In this document: positions 12,402-19,971 of the stretch, piece by piece
Numbering within the stretch: position 1 is the first letter of the stretch
How the letters are laid out: every line of letters begins with the position of its first letter
Assembly (NCBI GenBank): GCA_002281815.1
Contig: NCHI01000001.1
Location: forward strand, 1 to 54,177
DNA length: 54,177 bases
Direction: 5' to 3'
From: Methylotenera sp. 24-45-7
GTDB taxonomy: Bacteria; Pseudomonadota; Gammaproteobacteria; Burkholderiales; Methylophilaceae
The notes under the pieces: generated by a model
The model's input: only the letters and a program-made list of their open reading frames with translations
Told to the model about the DNA's origin: nothing
Database searches by the model: none
Position numbers and translations under genes: made by a program

Positions 12402-12513
12402 TAGCCGCAGATAAACGCGGATAAACGCAGATCAGTTGCTGATGTTTGCTAGCATCACATCTTATTTGTTTTTCTGTTTTTAATCTGCGTGAATCTGCGT
12501 TTATCTGCGGCTA
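12402..12513. repeat. Palindromic element with 31-bp arms built from 10-nt units (ATAAACGCAG)
   Basis: Left arm TAGCCGCAGATAAACGCGGATAAACGCAGAT (12402-12432) and right arm ATCTGCGTGAATCTGCGTTTATCTGCGGCTA (12483-12513) are complementary at 28 of 31 positions. TA at both ends. Confidence 0.85.
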
Positions 12514-12520
12514 TATAAAT

Positions 12521-13585
12521 ATGACAGTCTTAAAAAACGACACCTTCCTGCGCGCACTCATGCGTCAGCCGACCGAATACACCCCAGTTTGGATGATGCG
12601 TCAGGCCGGCCGATACTTGCCTGAATATCGCGCTAGTCGCAAAACCGCAGGCAGTTTTTTAAGCCTGTGTAAAAACGCGGACTTTGCCACTGAGGTGACG
12701 ATACAGCCTTTAGACCGCTATCCTTTGTTAGATGCGTCTATCTTATTTTCAGACATTCTTACCGTGCCAGATGCGATGGGCTTAGGTTTGTATTTTGAAG
12801 AAGGTGAAGGCCCCAAGTTTGAGCGTACGCTGCAACAAGAAGCGGATATTCAAAAACTCACCGTACCAGATATGGCCAAGCTGCAATACGTGTTTGATGC
12901 GGTAAGCAGCATACGCAAAGCTTTGGGTGGTCGTGTGCCGTTAATCGGCTTTAGCGGCAGCCCATGGACACTGGCGACTTATATGGTGGAAGGCAAAGGC
13001 GGCACTGACTTCTTAAACACCAAAAAAATGGCCTATGCGCGCCCTGATTTATTGCACCATATTTTAGAAACCACGGCACAAACTGTGATTCAGTACCTGA
13101 ATGCGCAAATTGCGGCAGGTGCGCAAGCGGTGATGATATTTGATTCATGGGGCGGTGCGCTGGCACATAACGCTTACAAAGAGTTTTCGCTCAATTACAT
13201 GCAAAAAATCGTCAATGGTTTAACCAAAACCAGTGAAGGCAAAGCAGTACCGAGCATCGTATTCACCAAAGGCGGCGGATTGTGGCTGGAAGCGCAAGCC
13301 GAAATCGGTGCCGATGCGCTAGGTTTGGATTGGGCGGTGGATATTGGCAGCGCACGTCAACGCGTGGGTGATAAAGTAGCCTTGCAAGGCAATTTAGATC
13401 CGGCTATTTTGTTGTCGACACCAGCAGCTATCGAGCGTGAAGTTGCAAGCATATTGGCAAGTTATGGGCATGGGCATGGTCATATTTTTAACTTGGGTCA
13501 TGGTATTACCCAATGGACAGATCCCGAGAATGCAGGCGCGATGTTGACTGCGGTGCGTGAGCATAGCCGTCAATATCATCAGTAA
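12521..13585 (+). CDS. hemE: Uroporphyrinogen decarboxylase
   Basis: [26 protein letters not shown] and FNLGHGI. Start moved from 12446 to ATG 12521 because the upstream extension runs through the repeat. Confidence 0.97.
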   Translation: MTVLKNDTFLRALMRQPTEYTPVWMMRQAGRYLPEYRASRKTAGSFLSLCKNADFATEVTIQPLDRYPLLDASILFSDILTVPDAMGLGLYFEEGEGPKFERTLQQEADIQKLTVPDMAKLQYVFDAVSSIRKALGGRVPLIGFSGSPWTLATYMVEGKGGTDFLNTKKMAYARPDLLHHILETTAQTVIQYLNAQIAAGAQAVMIFDSWGGALAHNAYKEFSLNYMQKIVNGLTKTSEGKAVPSIVFTKGGGLWLEAQAEIGADALGLDWAVDIGSARQRVGDKVALQGNLDPAILLSTPAAIEREVASILASYGHGHGHIFNLGHGITQWTDPENAGAMLTAVREHSRQYHQ

Positions 13586-13598
13586 AGCTGTAGCCATT

Positions 13599-13636
13599 AA
13601 AAAAGCCCATCCGCAAAATGCGTGATGGGCTTTTTT
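13599..13636. terminator. Bidirectional rho-independent terminator
   Basis: AAAAAAGCCCATC...GATGGGCTTTTTT between convergent hemE and the cytochrome b gene. Confidence 0.85.
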
Positions 13637-13648
13637 GTATCGATATTT

Positions 13649-14248
13649 CTACTTCAAAGACATACGATCCATGGTCGTGTCTTTATCCACAAACTTGTGT
13701 TTCAGTGCGCCTAGAATATGCAGAATCAGTACTAGTAAAATCACTACACCGACTACTTCGTGCACTTCTTTAAATAGTTCGCGCATGCCCTTGTTATCAA
13801 GACCGCCAATAAAATCAATACCAAACCATTTCACGCCATATTTGCTGCTTACCGCCATAATCAAGCCGCTTACAGGCAGGGCAACCATGAGTAAATAAAG
13901 TAGATGATGGGTGCCAGTTGCCAGTTTTCTTTCCCATGCCTTGTAGGTAGTCAGCAATGCAGGCGGTCTGTGTGTGATGCGCCATAACACGCGAATAATG
14001 ATCAAAGCTAAAATGGTGACGCCTATTGATTTATGCAGGTTAAAGTAAAACGTTCTTGGGCTGGCTGCTTCAGCGAGCTGCCAAGTATAAATACCCCAGT
14101 CAAATAAATCATAAGCGATTTGTTTAGGTGCTTCTTTGGGTAATTCACTCATATACCAGCCAAGTGCAAACATAGCAAAAATGCCAAGTGCAATCAGCCA
14201 GTGTAAAACAATTGCCGTTTTCGTATAGCGTGTTGAAGCTTGATTCAT
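13649..14248 (-). CDS. Cytochrome b561 (YceJ/CybB-like)
   Basis: LHW, LHKSIG, HHLLY, PVSG, VHE, and LHILGALKH heme-ligand pattern; four TM helices. Confidence 0.9.
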   Translation of the reverse strand: MNQASTRYTKTAIVLHWLIALGIFAMFALGWYMSELPKEAPKQIAYDLFDWGIYTWQLAEAASPRTFYFNLHKSIGVTILALIIIRVLWRITHRPPALLTTYKAWERKLATGTHHLLYLLMVALPVSGLIMAVSSKYGVKWFGIDFIGGLDNKGMRELFKEVHEVVGVVILLVLILHILGALKHKFVDKDTTMDRMSLK

Positions 14249-14356
14249 AGTAAGATCCTGATGTGGTTAAAACTTATCTTGTGAGACTGGCGTCTAAACA
14301 ATAAATTGCATAAGCCAGTTCATTTTAATCTGTATCCTAAATTCAAGGAATGATTC

Positions 14357-15295
14357 ATGCGTAATTTAATGATAACCATGAGTATGCTCTCGCTGATTGG
14401 CTTGGCGGGTAGTGTAAATGTTGCGATTGCGACTGAGCTACCAAGTTTTTCCGTAGAAAATGTAAGCAATGGTGTTTACGTCCACCATGGTAAACATTTG
14501 GATATTGATACTGGGTATCAGGGCGATATTTGCAATATCAGCTTTGTGGTGGGTAGCAAAGGTGTAGCGGTAATCGACACTGGAGGCAGCCTAAAAGTGG
14601 GTAATCAGCTACGTGACGCCATACGCAAAGTAACGCCATTGCCCGTGCTGTACGTCATTAACACCCATGTGCATCCAGATCATATTTATGGCAATGCGGC
14701 TTTTGTGGCAGATAAGCCACAGTTTGTGGGGCATGACAAGCTGGCAAGCAGTATGCATGCGCGTCATGATCAATATGAAAGGTTGAATGCGAAATTGCTG
14801 CTGGATGACGCAAAAGGTAGCGCGCAGATTACGCCCACCGTGATTGTTAAAACCAGCTTGGAGCTGGATTTAGGCGACAGAAAGTTAGTAGTCACTGCAC
14901 ATCCCGTTGCACATACTAATACCGATATTTCAGTAGTTGATAGCAAAACCAACACCTTATTTACTGGCGATTTGTTGTTTATTGAACGCACGCCAGTGGT
15001 AGAGGCTGATGTTAAAGGGCTAATTGCCGAGCTTGAAAAATTCAAAGCGTTTAGTTATAGCCAAGTGGTGCCTGGTCATGGTCCCACCACGAAAGACGGC
15101 ATGACTGCATTTAGCAATGCACAGCGCTATTTGAGTCAGTTATTGGCAGATATACGTACCAATATCAAGCAGAACCAAGGCATGGAAAAAGCCATGGATA
15201 CAGCTGCCGCGACTGAAAAAGACAAATGGTTGTTGTTTGATGTGGCAAACCGGCGCAATGTGAACACGATTTATCCGGCTTTAGAATGGGAATAA
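14357..15295 (+). CDS. Periplasmic MBL-fold zinc metallohydrolase (SoxH-related, quinoprotein relay system type)
   Basis: Signal peptide; THVHPDH, AHT, TGD and PGHG motifs; C-terminal LEWE. Confidence 0.75.
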   Translation: MRNLMITMSMLSLIGLAGSVNVAIATELPSFSVENVSNGVYVHHGKHLDIDTGYQGDICNISFVVGSKGVAVIDTGGSLKVGNQLRDAIRKVTPLPVLYVINTHVHPDHIYGNAAFVADKPQFVGHDKLASSMHARHDQYERLNAKLLLDDAKGSAQITPTVIVKTSLELDLGDRKLVVTAHPVAHTNTDISVVDSKTNTLFTGDLLFIERTPVVEADVKGLIAELEKFKAFSYSQVVPGHGPTTKDGMTAFSNAQRYLSQLLADIRTNIKQNQGMEKAMDTAAATEKDKWLLFDVANRRNVNTIYPALEWE

Positions 15296-15326
15296 AAAAA
15301 GCGGCGCTAAATTAGGCGCCGCTTTT
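15294..15326. terminator. Bidirectional rho-independent terminator
   Basis: AAAAAAAGCGGCGC-TAAATTAG-GCGCCGCTTTT between convergent genes. Confidence 0.85.
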
Positions 15327-15343
15327 GTATAACCTGAAACCAA

Positions 15344-15718
15344 TCAGGCAGATTTTTTGCAGTTGTCTAAACTGCAAGCAGTGTTTGGATTTGCGTAAAG
15401 TAGCAATAAACCGCCTGCAATCGCTAAATATTGCAGTAATGGCAGTTTAAGCAAGAATATCAGTGCAATTACATAAACCGTCATGGCAAGCGCCACGCCT
15501 TTAGTTTTGTAACCTAAAAGCAAACCTAAACCGCCAATTAAATTTACTAAAATAATCAGTGGTGCAAAAATGCCCGGCAAACCTAAACTACCTAAACCGG
15601 CTTGGTAATCTTGGTAACCATTAGGGTTGTTCATGAAGTTGATAATGAGTGCCACTACTTGCACCAAAAAAATTTGTGCCAATAAAATACGGCCTAGCGT
15701 TGTTAAATATTTTTGCAT
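15344..15718 (-). CDS. DoxX family membrane protein (start probably ATG 15718)
   Basis: LGRILLA.IF, GGLGLLLGYKT and LAIAGGLLLL DoxX-like pattern. Confidence 0.75.
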   Translation of the reverse strand: MQKYLTTLGRILLAQIFLVQVVALIINFMNNPNGYQDYQAGLGSLGLPGIFAPLIILVNLIGGLGLLLGYKTKGVALAMTVYVIALIFLLKLPLLQYLAIAGGLLLLYANPNTACSLDNCKKSA

Positions 15719-15811
15719 AAATAACCTTAGTTGATAATGAATTAACAGATAAACAAACAGCATAATGCCTGTTACTGCCATGGCCTGCAAGTATAAAGGC
15801 ATGCAGACTTA

Positions 15812-16255
15812 GTGATTGAGCCTATATTGAAAAAACATATCACAATACAAAATGTTTCATGGCAAACCCATGCGCAAGCGTTAAGTGCATTGCGTGAAGC
15901 GGTGTTTATTCAAGAGCAACAAGTACCCATTGCACTAGAATGGGATGGTTTGGATGAGACTGCGCAACATTTGTTAGCATTGAACGATGCAGGTGAGCCT
16001 ATAGGCTGTGCCAGATTGCTGGGTGACGGCACTATAGGCCGCATGGTAGTACTCAAGCCGTGGCGGCAACAAGGCGTAGGCATGGCGCTATTAAGGCAAG
16101 CCATTGCTTTGTATCGGCAACTCGGCATTCACAACATCACACTGTCAGCGCAAATGCATGCGATTAAGTTTTATGAAAAAGCAGGCTTTATTGTTTGCAG
16201 TGAACCCTATCTTGACGCAGGAATTAAGCACGTAGATATGCGTTTATTAGGCTAA
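15812..16255 (+). CDS. GNAT N-acetyltransferase (ElaA/YjcF-like)
   Basis: LREAVFIQEQ, IGRMVV, RQQGVG acetyl-CoA loop, FYEKAGF, DAGIKHVDM. Confidence 0.9.
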   Translation: MIEPILKKHITIQNVSWQTHAQALSALREAVFIQEQQVPIALEWDGLDETAQHLLALNDAGEPIGCARLLGDGTIGRMVVLKPWRQQGVGMALLRQAIALYRQLGIHNITLSAQMHAIKFYEKAGFIVCSEPYLDAGIKHVDMRLLG

Positions 16256-16394
16256 GTCAGCTGTAATTAAACCCGCCGAAAATTGCTTAAAGTGGGTTGA
16301 TTCTATAAAATCACAGCTCAACAGAATTTATGCAGTACATTGAATAAATTCATATTTATTCGCACCATTCTTTTTTCAACTTTAAGGATTTCTC

Positions 16395-16946
16395 ATGTCA
16401 AAAATCATTTTCAAAGCAGGCGAAGCGACCGTTTACACCGAAGGTAAAGACGTTACCGCTGCAATGCCAGAAATTCTAATCGGCGCTGTTGATGGCCCAG
16501 TAGGTCAAGCGTTTGCTAATTTGATGGCACAAAGCAAAGGTCACACAGCGATGTTTGCCGTGCGTGATATCAATCAATTAGTTCGTCCAGTTTGTATGAC
16601 TGTGCCAAAAGTCACTTTAAAAGGCAGCACAGATGTAAGCTTGTTCGGCGGCGTAGTGCAAGCGGCAACTGCTGATGCAATTTTGGACTGCGTAATCGAA
16701 GGCATTATTCCTAAAGAGCAAGCGAACGACTTGTGCATTATCAGCTTGGTATGGATCGATCCAGGCTGTATCGCGCTAGAAAAAGAAGGCAAATTAGACA
16801 AAGCCGACATGTACAAAAACAACTATGACGCAACGAAATTGGCGATTAAACGTGCATTAAATGATGAGCCGACAATTGATGAATTGATAGCGAATCGTCA
16901 TAAGATCAAGCATTGTATGTGGGAAGATTCATGGGATCAAAAGTAA
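16395..16946 (+). CDS. fae: Formaldehyde-activating enzyme homolog (Fae2/Fae3-type paralog)
   Basis: GEA, PKVT, FG, EGIIP, NYDATKLAIKRA and EP motifs align by eye with Fae. AAGGA RBS. Confidence 0.8.
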   Translation: MSKIIFKAGEATVYTEGKDVTAAMPEILIGAVDGPVGQAFANLMAQSKGHTAMFAVRDINQLVRPVCMTVPKVTLKGSTDVSLFGGVVQAATADAILDCVIEGIIPKEQANDLCIISLVWIDPGCIALEKEGKLDKADMYKNNYDATKLAIKRALNDEPTIDELIANRHKIKHCMWEDSWDQK

Positions 16947-17064
16947 AACCAATTTAATGGGCGCATAGCTTTGTTGCGCGGTACTCGAAATCCTCATGTA
17001 CTACATGTACATTCCGGTTTCTGCGTTCCGTGCGCCGCGCTCTGCATCCCATAAATTGATTTTA
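16944..17064. repeat. 121-bp palindromic element, RPE-like
   Basis: Imperfect terminal IR TAAAACCAATTTAATGGG.../...CCCATAAATTGATTTTA; core CTCGAAATCCTCATGTAC-TACAT-GTACATTCCGGTTTC. Confidence 0.75.
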
Positions 17065-17230
17065 TGATTTAACTCCACATTAAGCCGATACTTTATCAAC
17101 TGCGGCTTGCCGTGCTATAGCACTGTTTTCGCCTTGTTTTTCACGCATGAATAATGCACTTTAGTGCATATATTCTGCGGGGAAGACCTTTACGGTCTCG
17201 CGTCTTATTTTTATATTTAATTACGTTTAT

Positions 17231-17344
17231 TCGTCATACCAGCGAAGGCTGGTATCCAGACCACGTGAATATTAGTGTTGTTACGATAAATAACTATTCG
17301 TGGCTACCACTTTGTCTGGATTCCCGCCTGCGCGGGAATGACGA
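17231..17344. repeat. dRS3/REP-like inverted pair (NIME-like architecture)
   Basis: TCGTCATACCAGCGAAGGCTGGTATCCAG ... CTGGATTCCCGCCTGCGCGGGAATGACGA. The right arm has the ATTCCC-N8-GGGAAT core. Confidence 0.85.
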
Positions 17345-17386
17345 GTTATTTAGTAGAATAGCTATAATGTGAAATGAAACAGCAGG

Positions 17387-17419
17387 AAAAAAAAGCGGCT
17401 CATAACAAGCCGCTTTTTT
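17387..17419. terminator. Bidirectional rho-independent terminator
   Basis: AAAAAAAAGCGGCT-CATAACA-AGCCGCTTTTTT. Confidence 0.85.
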
Positions 17420-17433
17420 ATTGCTTTAAAATA

Positions 17434-17739
17434 TCATTTGCTCCGAATGGATTCTCGCACATCACGCACCAGTTGAAATACTGACCAACCGGTTTGTAGC
17501 AATATCGTAAACCTTGCGACTTGCAGTTTGCGTATCAAAATACCTGATACCGCAGTCACCCCCAGCATTAACACCGGATATTGTCTGAAGTAGCGCAACA
17601 CTTGCAGCCCACGGTCTGCCATGGCAATCGGCTCCTGCAAGGCTTGCATGTTTTGCGCCACAACAACGCGCTGTAAGGCGGCCTTGTGTATCAGCTGTTG
17701 TTTACGTGCTGCGAGTAAAGCTAGCTTTTCACTCATCAC
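17434..17739 (-). CDS. yqjK: YqjK-like protein
   Basis: RKQQLI...QR pattern with a C-terminal hydrophobic segment; third gene of a yqjDEK-type operon. Confidence 0.75.
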   Translation of the reverse strand: MMSEKLALLAARKQQLIHKAALQRVVVAQNMQALQEPIAMADRGLQVLRYFRQYPVLMLGVTAVSGILIRKLQVARFTILLQTGWSVFQLVRDVRESIRSK

Positions 17740-17753
17740 TGACTCCCATTAGC

Positions 17754-18146
17754 CTAACGATTATTGTCCAGTTCCTGATGGTCTTTAATCAGTTCACTTA
17801 GGCTGGCCTCAAACATTCTAGGCATTAATTTTAGCCTGCGTACCACCACAGCTCCAATCACGGCGCCTACAACGATAAACAGGCCAGTGAGAGAACCCAT
17901 TACCAGCAAGCGATGGGTATCCCAAAATATAACGACGACGAGTATGGTGAGTAACACTGCGCCAAAACACAGACTAAACAGTGAAATAAAAGCGAGCGCT
18001 AATAGGGAAATAAAACGCTCACGGCCTTCTTCAAGATCAGTACTAATCAGCTCAAGGCGCGTATGAACGATTGCAATGAGCGAAACCGTGAGGTTTTTCA
18101 GAGAGCTTAATAAGCCCTCTGTGGCTTGGTTGGTAGACTCAGTCAT
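17754..18146 (-). CDS. yqjE: YqjE-like inner membrane protein
   Basis: TRLEL...EE motif, two TM helices, F..SL.EL.KD tail. Confidence 0.85.
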   Translation of the reverse strand: MTESTNQATEGLLSSLKNLTVSLIAIVHTRLELISTDLEEGRERFISLLALAFISLFSLCFGAVLLTILVVVIFWDTHRLLVMGSLTGLFIVVGAVIGAVVVRRLKLMPRMFEASLSELIKDHQELDNNR

Positions 18147-18152
18147 TGCGAC

Positions 18153-18473
18153 TTAGCGTCTACCGATTAGCAAGCCAACTACCAAACCAACGCCAGCGGC
18201 AATGCCCACGGCATGCCATGGCTTTTCATGCACATAGTCATCTGTAGCTTTGGCTGCAATGCGGCCTTTTTCAACCAGCACCTCTTGTGCTTCAGCGAGT
18301 TTTACTTTGGCCACAGCCACAGACTCTTCTGCTTTGACACGTAAATTGGCTACAGCTTCACCGCCTTGATTGGCTGTGGCTCTGATGAGCGCTTCAGCAT
18401 CGGCGATTACTACTTTGAAATCGCTGATTAATTGTTCTTTAGTAACGGTAGTGTGTTGAACATTATTATTCAT
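18153..18473 (-). CDS. yqjD: ElaB/YqjD/DUF883 membrane-anchored ribosome-binding protein
   Basis: DDYVHEKPWHAVGIAAGVGLVVGLLIGRR C-terminal signature. Confidence 0.9.
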   Translation of the reverse strand: MNNNVQHTTVTKEQLISDFKVVIADAEALIRATANQGGEAVANLRVKAEESVAVAKVKLAEAQEVLVEKGRIAAKATDDYVHEKPWHAVGIAAGVGLVVGLLIGRR

Positions 18474-18625
18474 TTGTAGTACTCCTTTTATGATTCACAA
18501 CGTATTAAACGTATTAATTGTGACAGTGACATGGCAATTAAATTCTATTTAATTTCTGCACCTGACTATATGCTACCCCTAGCACCTTGATTGGGCAAGT
18601 TGCTGTACGCTGAAATTGACTTGCG

Positions 18626-19684
18626 TCAAAACAGCGATGGCGCTTGGTTTGGTAGTAGCGACAGCAGTATTTTTCGTACTGGCGTCGGTATCGCAGCACA
18701 CATTGCATCTTCAATATTTAGCCATACATTAGCTGATTCATTCAGCTGTGTATGTTTGCTCACGACCATAAGTGGTTGTGGATTGATATGTAATTTAAAA
18801 TGGGTAAAAGCGTGACTAAGTTTTGCTAATGGCGCTTCGGTTTCTACATCTACACCGAAACGTTGTTTTGCCAGATGCACCAAGTTTTGTGTGTCATCCG
18901 TTTCAGGAAAGCTCCATAAACCACCCCAGATGCCACTGGGCGGACGTTTTTCTAACAAAATGCTATCACCCTGCCGCAATATGAGCATGGTGGTGTTTCT
19001 TTCGGGTGTGGTTTTGCGTGGTTTAGGTGTAGGCAGTTGCTGTACACGCCCTTGTGTTAGTGCCATGCAGCTGTCAGCCAAAGGACAGCGTGCGCATTGC
19101 GGTTTACTACGTGTGCATAGTGTTGCGCCTAAATCCATTAGGCCCTGTGTGTAGGCTACCATCTCAGTTTTAGGCAGCAAGCTTTCTGCCAGCGTCCATA
19201 ATTGTTTCTCAATTTTAGGGGTGCTTGGCCAGCCTTCAATAGCAAAGTGTCTGGCAAGTACGCGTTTTACGTTACCATCCAGAATCGTCTGTACCTGATT
19301 AAATGCAAATGAGGCAATCGCTGCCGCAGTTGAGCGACCTATGCCTGATAGTGTTTGTATGGTGACGAAGTCGGTTGGAAATTCGCCGTGATGCTCGTCC
19401 ATAATCGTTTGTGCGGCGTTGTGCAGGTTGCGCGCTCTGGAGTAATAACCTAGTCCGCTCCAGTGCTGTAATACTTCATCTTGTGTGGCATTTGCCAGTG
19501 CAGCAATATCAGGAAAACGCTGCATGAATTTTTGATAATAGCCAACCACTGCAGTTACCTGTGTTTGCTGCAACATGATTTCCGATACCCAAATTGCGTA
19601 CGGATCACTGGTATTTTGCCATGGCAAATCATGGCGACCATGCAGTTTTTGCCAAGTAATCAGGCGCTTGGAGAAATCAGTCAT
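18626..19684 (-). CDS. mutY: A/G-specific adenine glycosylase
   Basis: VSEIMLQQT, GLGYYSRARNL, HhH GIGRSTA, DGNVKRV, Fe-S motif CTRSKPQCARCPLADSC, NUDIX-like C-terminal domain. Confidence 0.97.
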   Translation of the reverse strand: MTDFSKRLITWQKLHGRHDLPWQNTSDPYAIWVSEIMLQQTQVTAVVGYYQKFMQRFPDIAALANATQDEVLQHWSGLGYYSRARNLHNAAQTIMDEHHGEFPTDFVTIQTLSGIGRSTAAAIASFAFNQVQTILDGNVKRVLARHFAIEGWPSTPKIEKQLWTLAESLLPKTEMVAYTQGLMDLGATLCTRSKPQCARCPLADSCMALTQGRVQQLPTPKPRKTTPERNTTMLILRQGDSILLEKRPPSGIWGGLWSFPETDDTQNLVHLAKQRFGVDVETEAPLAKLSHAFTHFKLHINPQPLMVVSKHTQLNESANVWLNIEDAMCAAIPTPVRKILLSLLPNQAPSLF

Positions 19685-19744
19685 AGGTTATTTGTACAAT
19701 GTTTGGTAGCATGGGTTTCTGTACTTAGTTTTTTAGGATATTCA

Positions 19745-19897
19745 ATGAAACAATTATTAGTAGTAGTGATGAGTTTAGTGATGTTAAGCGCTTGTGTGGT
19801 TGTGCAGCCTGTACCTCCAGGACAAGCTAAAGGCTGTGGATACGGTCCAGGCAATAGCGAATCTGCCCCTGGCCAAGTGAAAAAGAACTGTCGCTAA
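19745..19897 (+). CDS. Small 50-aa lipoprotein with repeated PGQ.K motif
   Basis: AGGA RBS. MKQLLVVVMSLVMLSAC lipobox followed by PPGQAKG...APGQVKK. Hairpin at ~19916-19950 downstream. Confidence 0.7.
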   Translation: MKQLLVVVMSLVMLSACVVVQPVPPGQAKGCGYGPGNSESAPGQVKKNCR

Positions 19898-19971
19898 TTA
19901 ATCCCTACATCACTACCGTTCACACTCGGTAACTTGAAGTGTGAGCGGGTTAACTATAGCGGCTAAACACT

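Noticed and set aside
12446-12520. N-terminal extension of HemE in the ORF track
   Set aside because: It translates the repeat arm ([10 protein letters not shown]). The HemE-like sequence starts at ATG 12521.
17154-17372. 72-aa ORF in the fae-yqjK spacer
   Set aside because: It runs through palindromic repeats; LDSRLRGND is just the translation of the dRS3-like arm. No RBS.
17754-18146. Holin-like membrane protein as a prophage sign
   Set aside because: It is the YqjE member of a chromosomal yqjDEK operon, and no phage genes are nearby.
19481-19744. 5' part of the 138-aa ORF
   Set aside because: Mostly antisense to mutY. Only the part from ATG 19745 has an RBS and a coherent lipoprotein signal.
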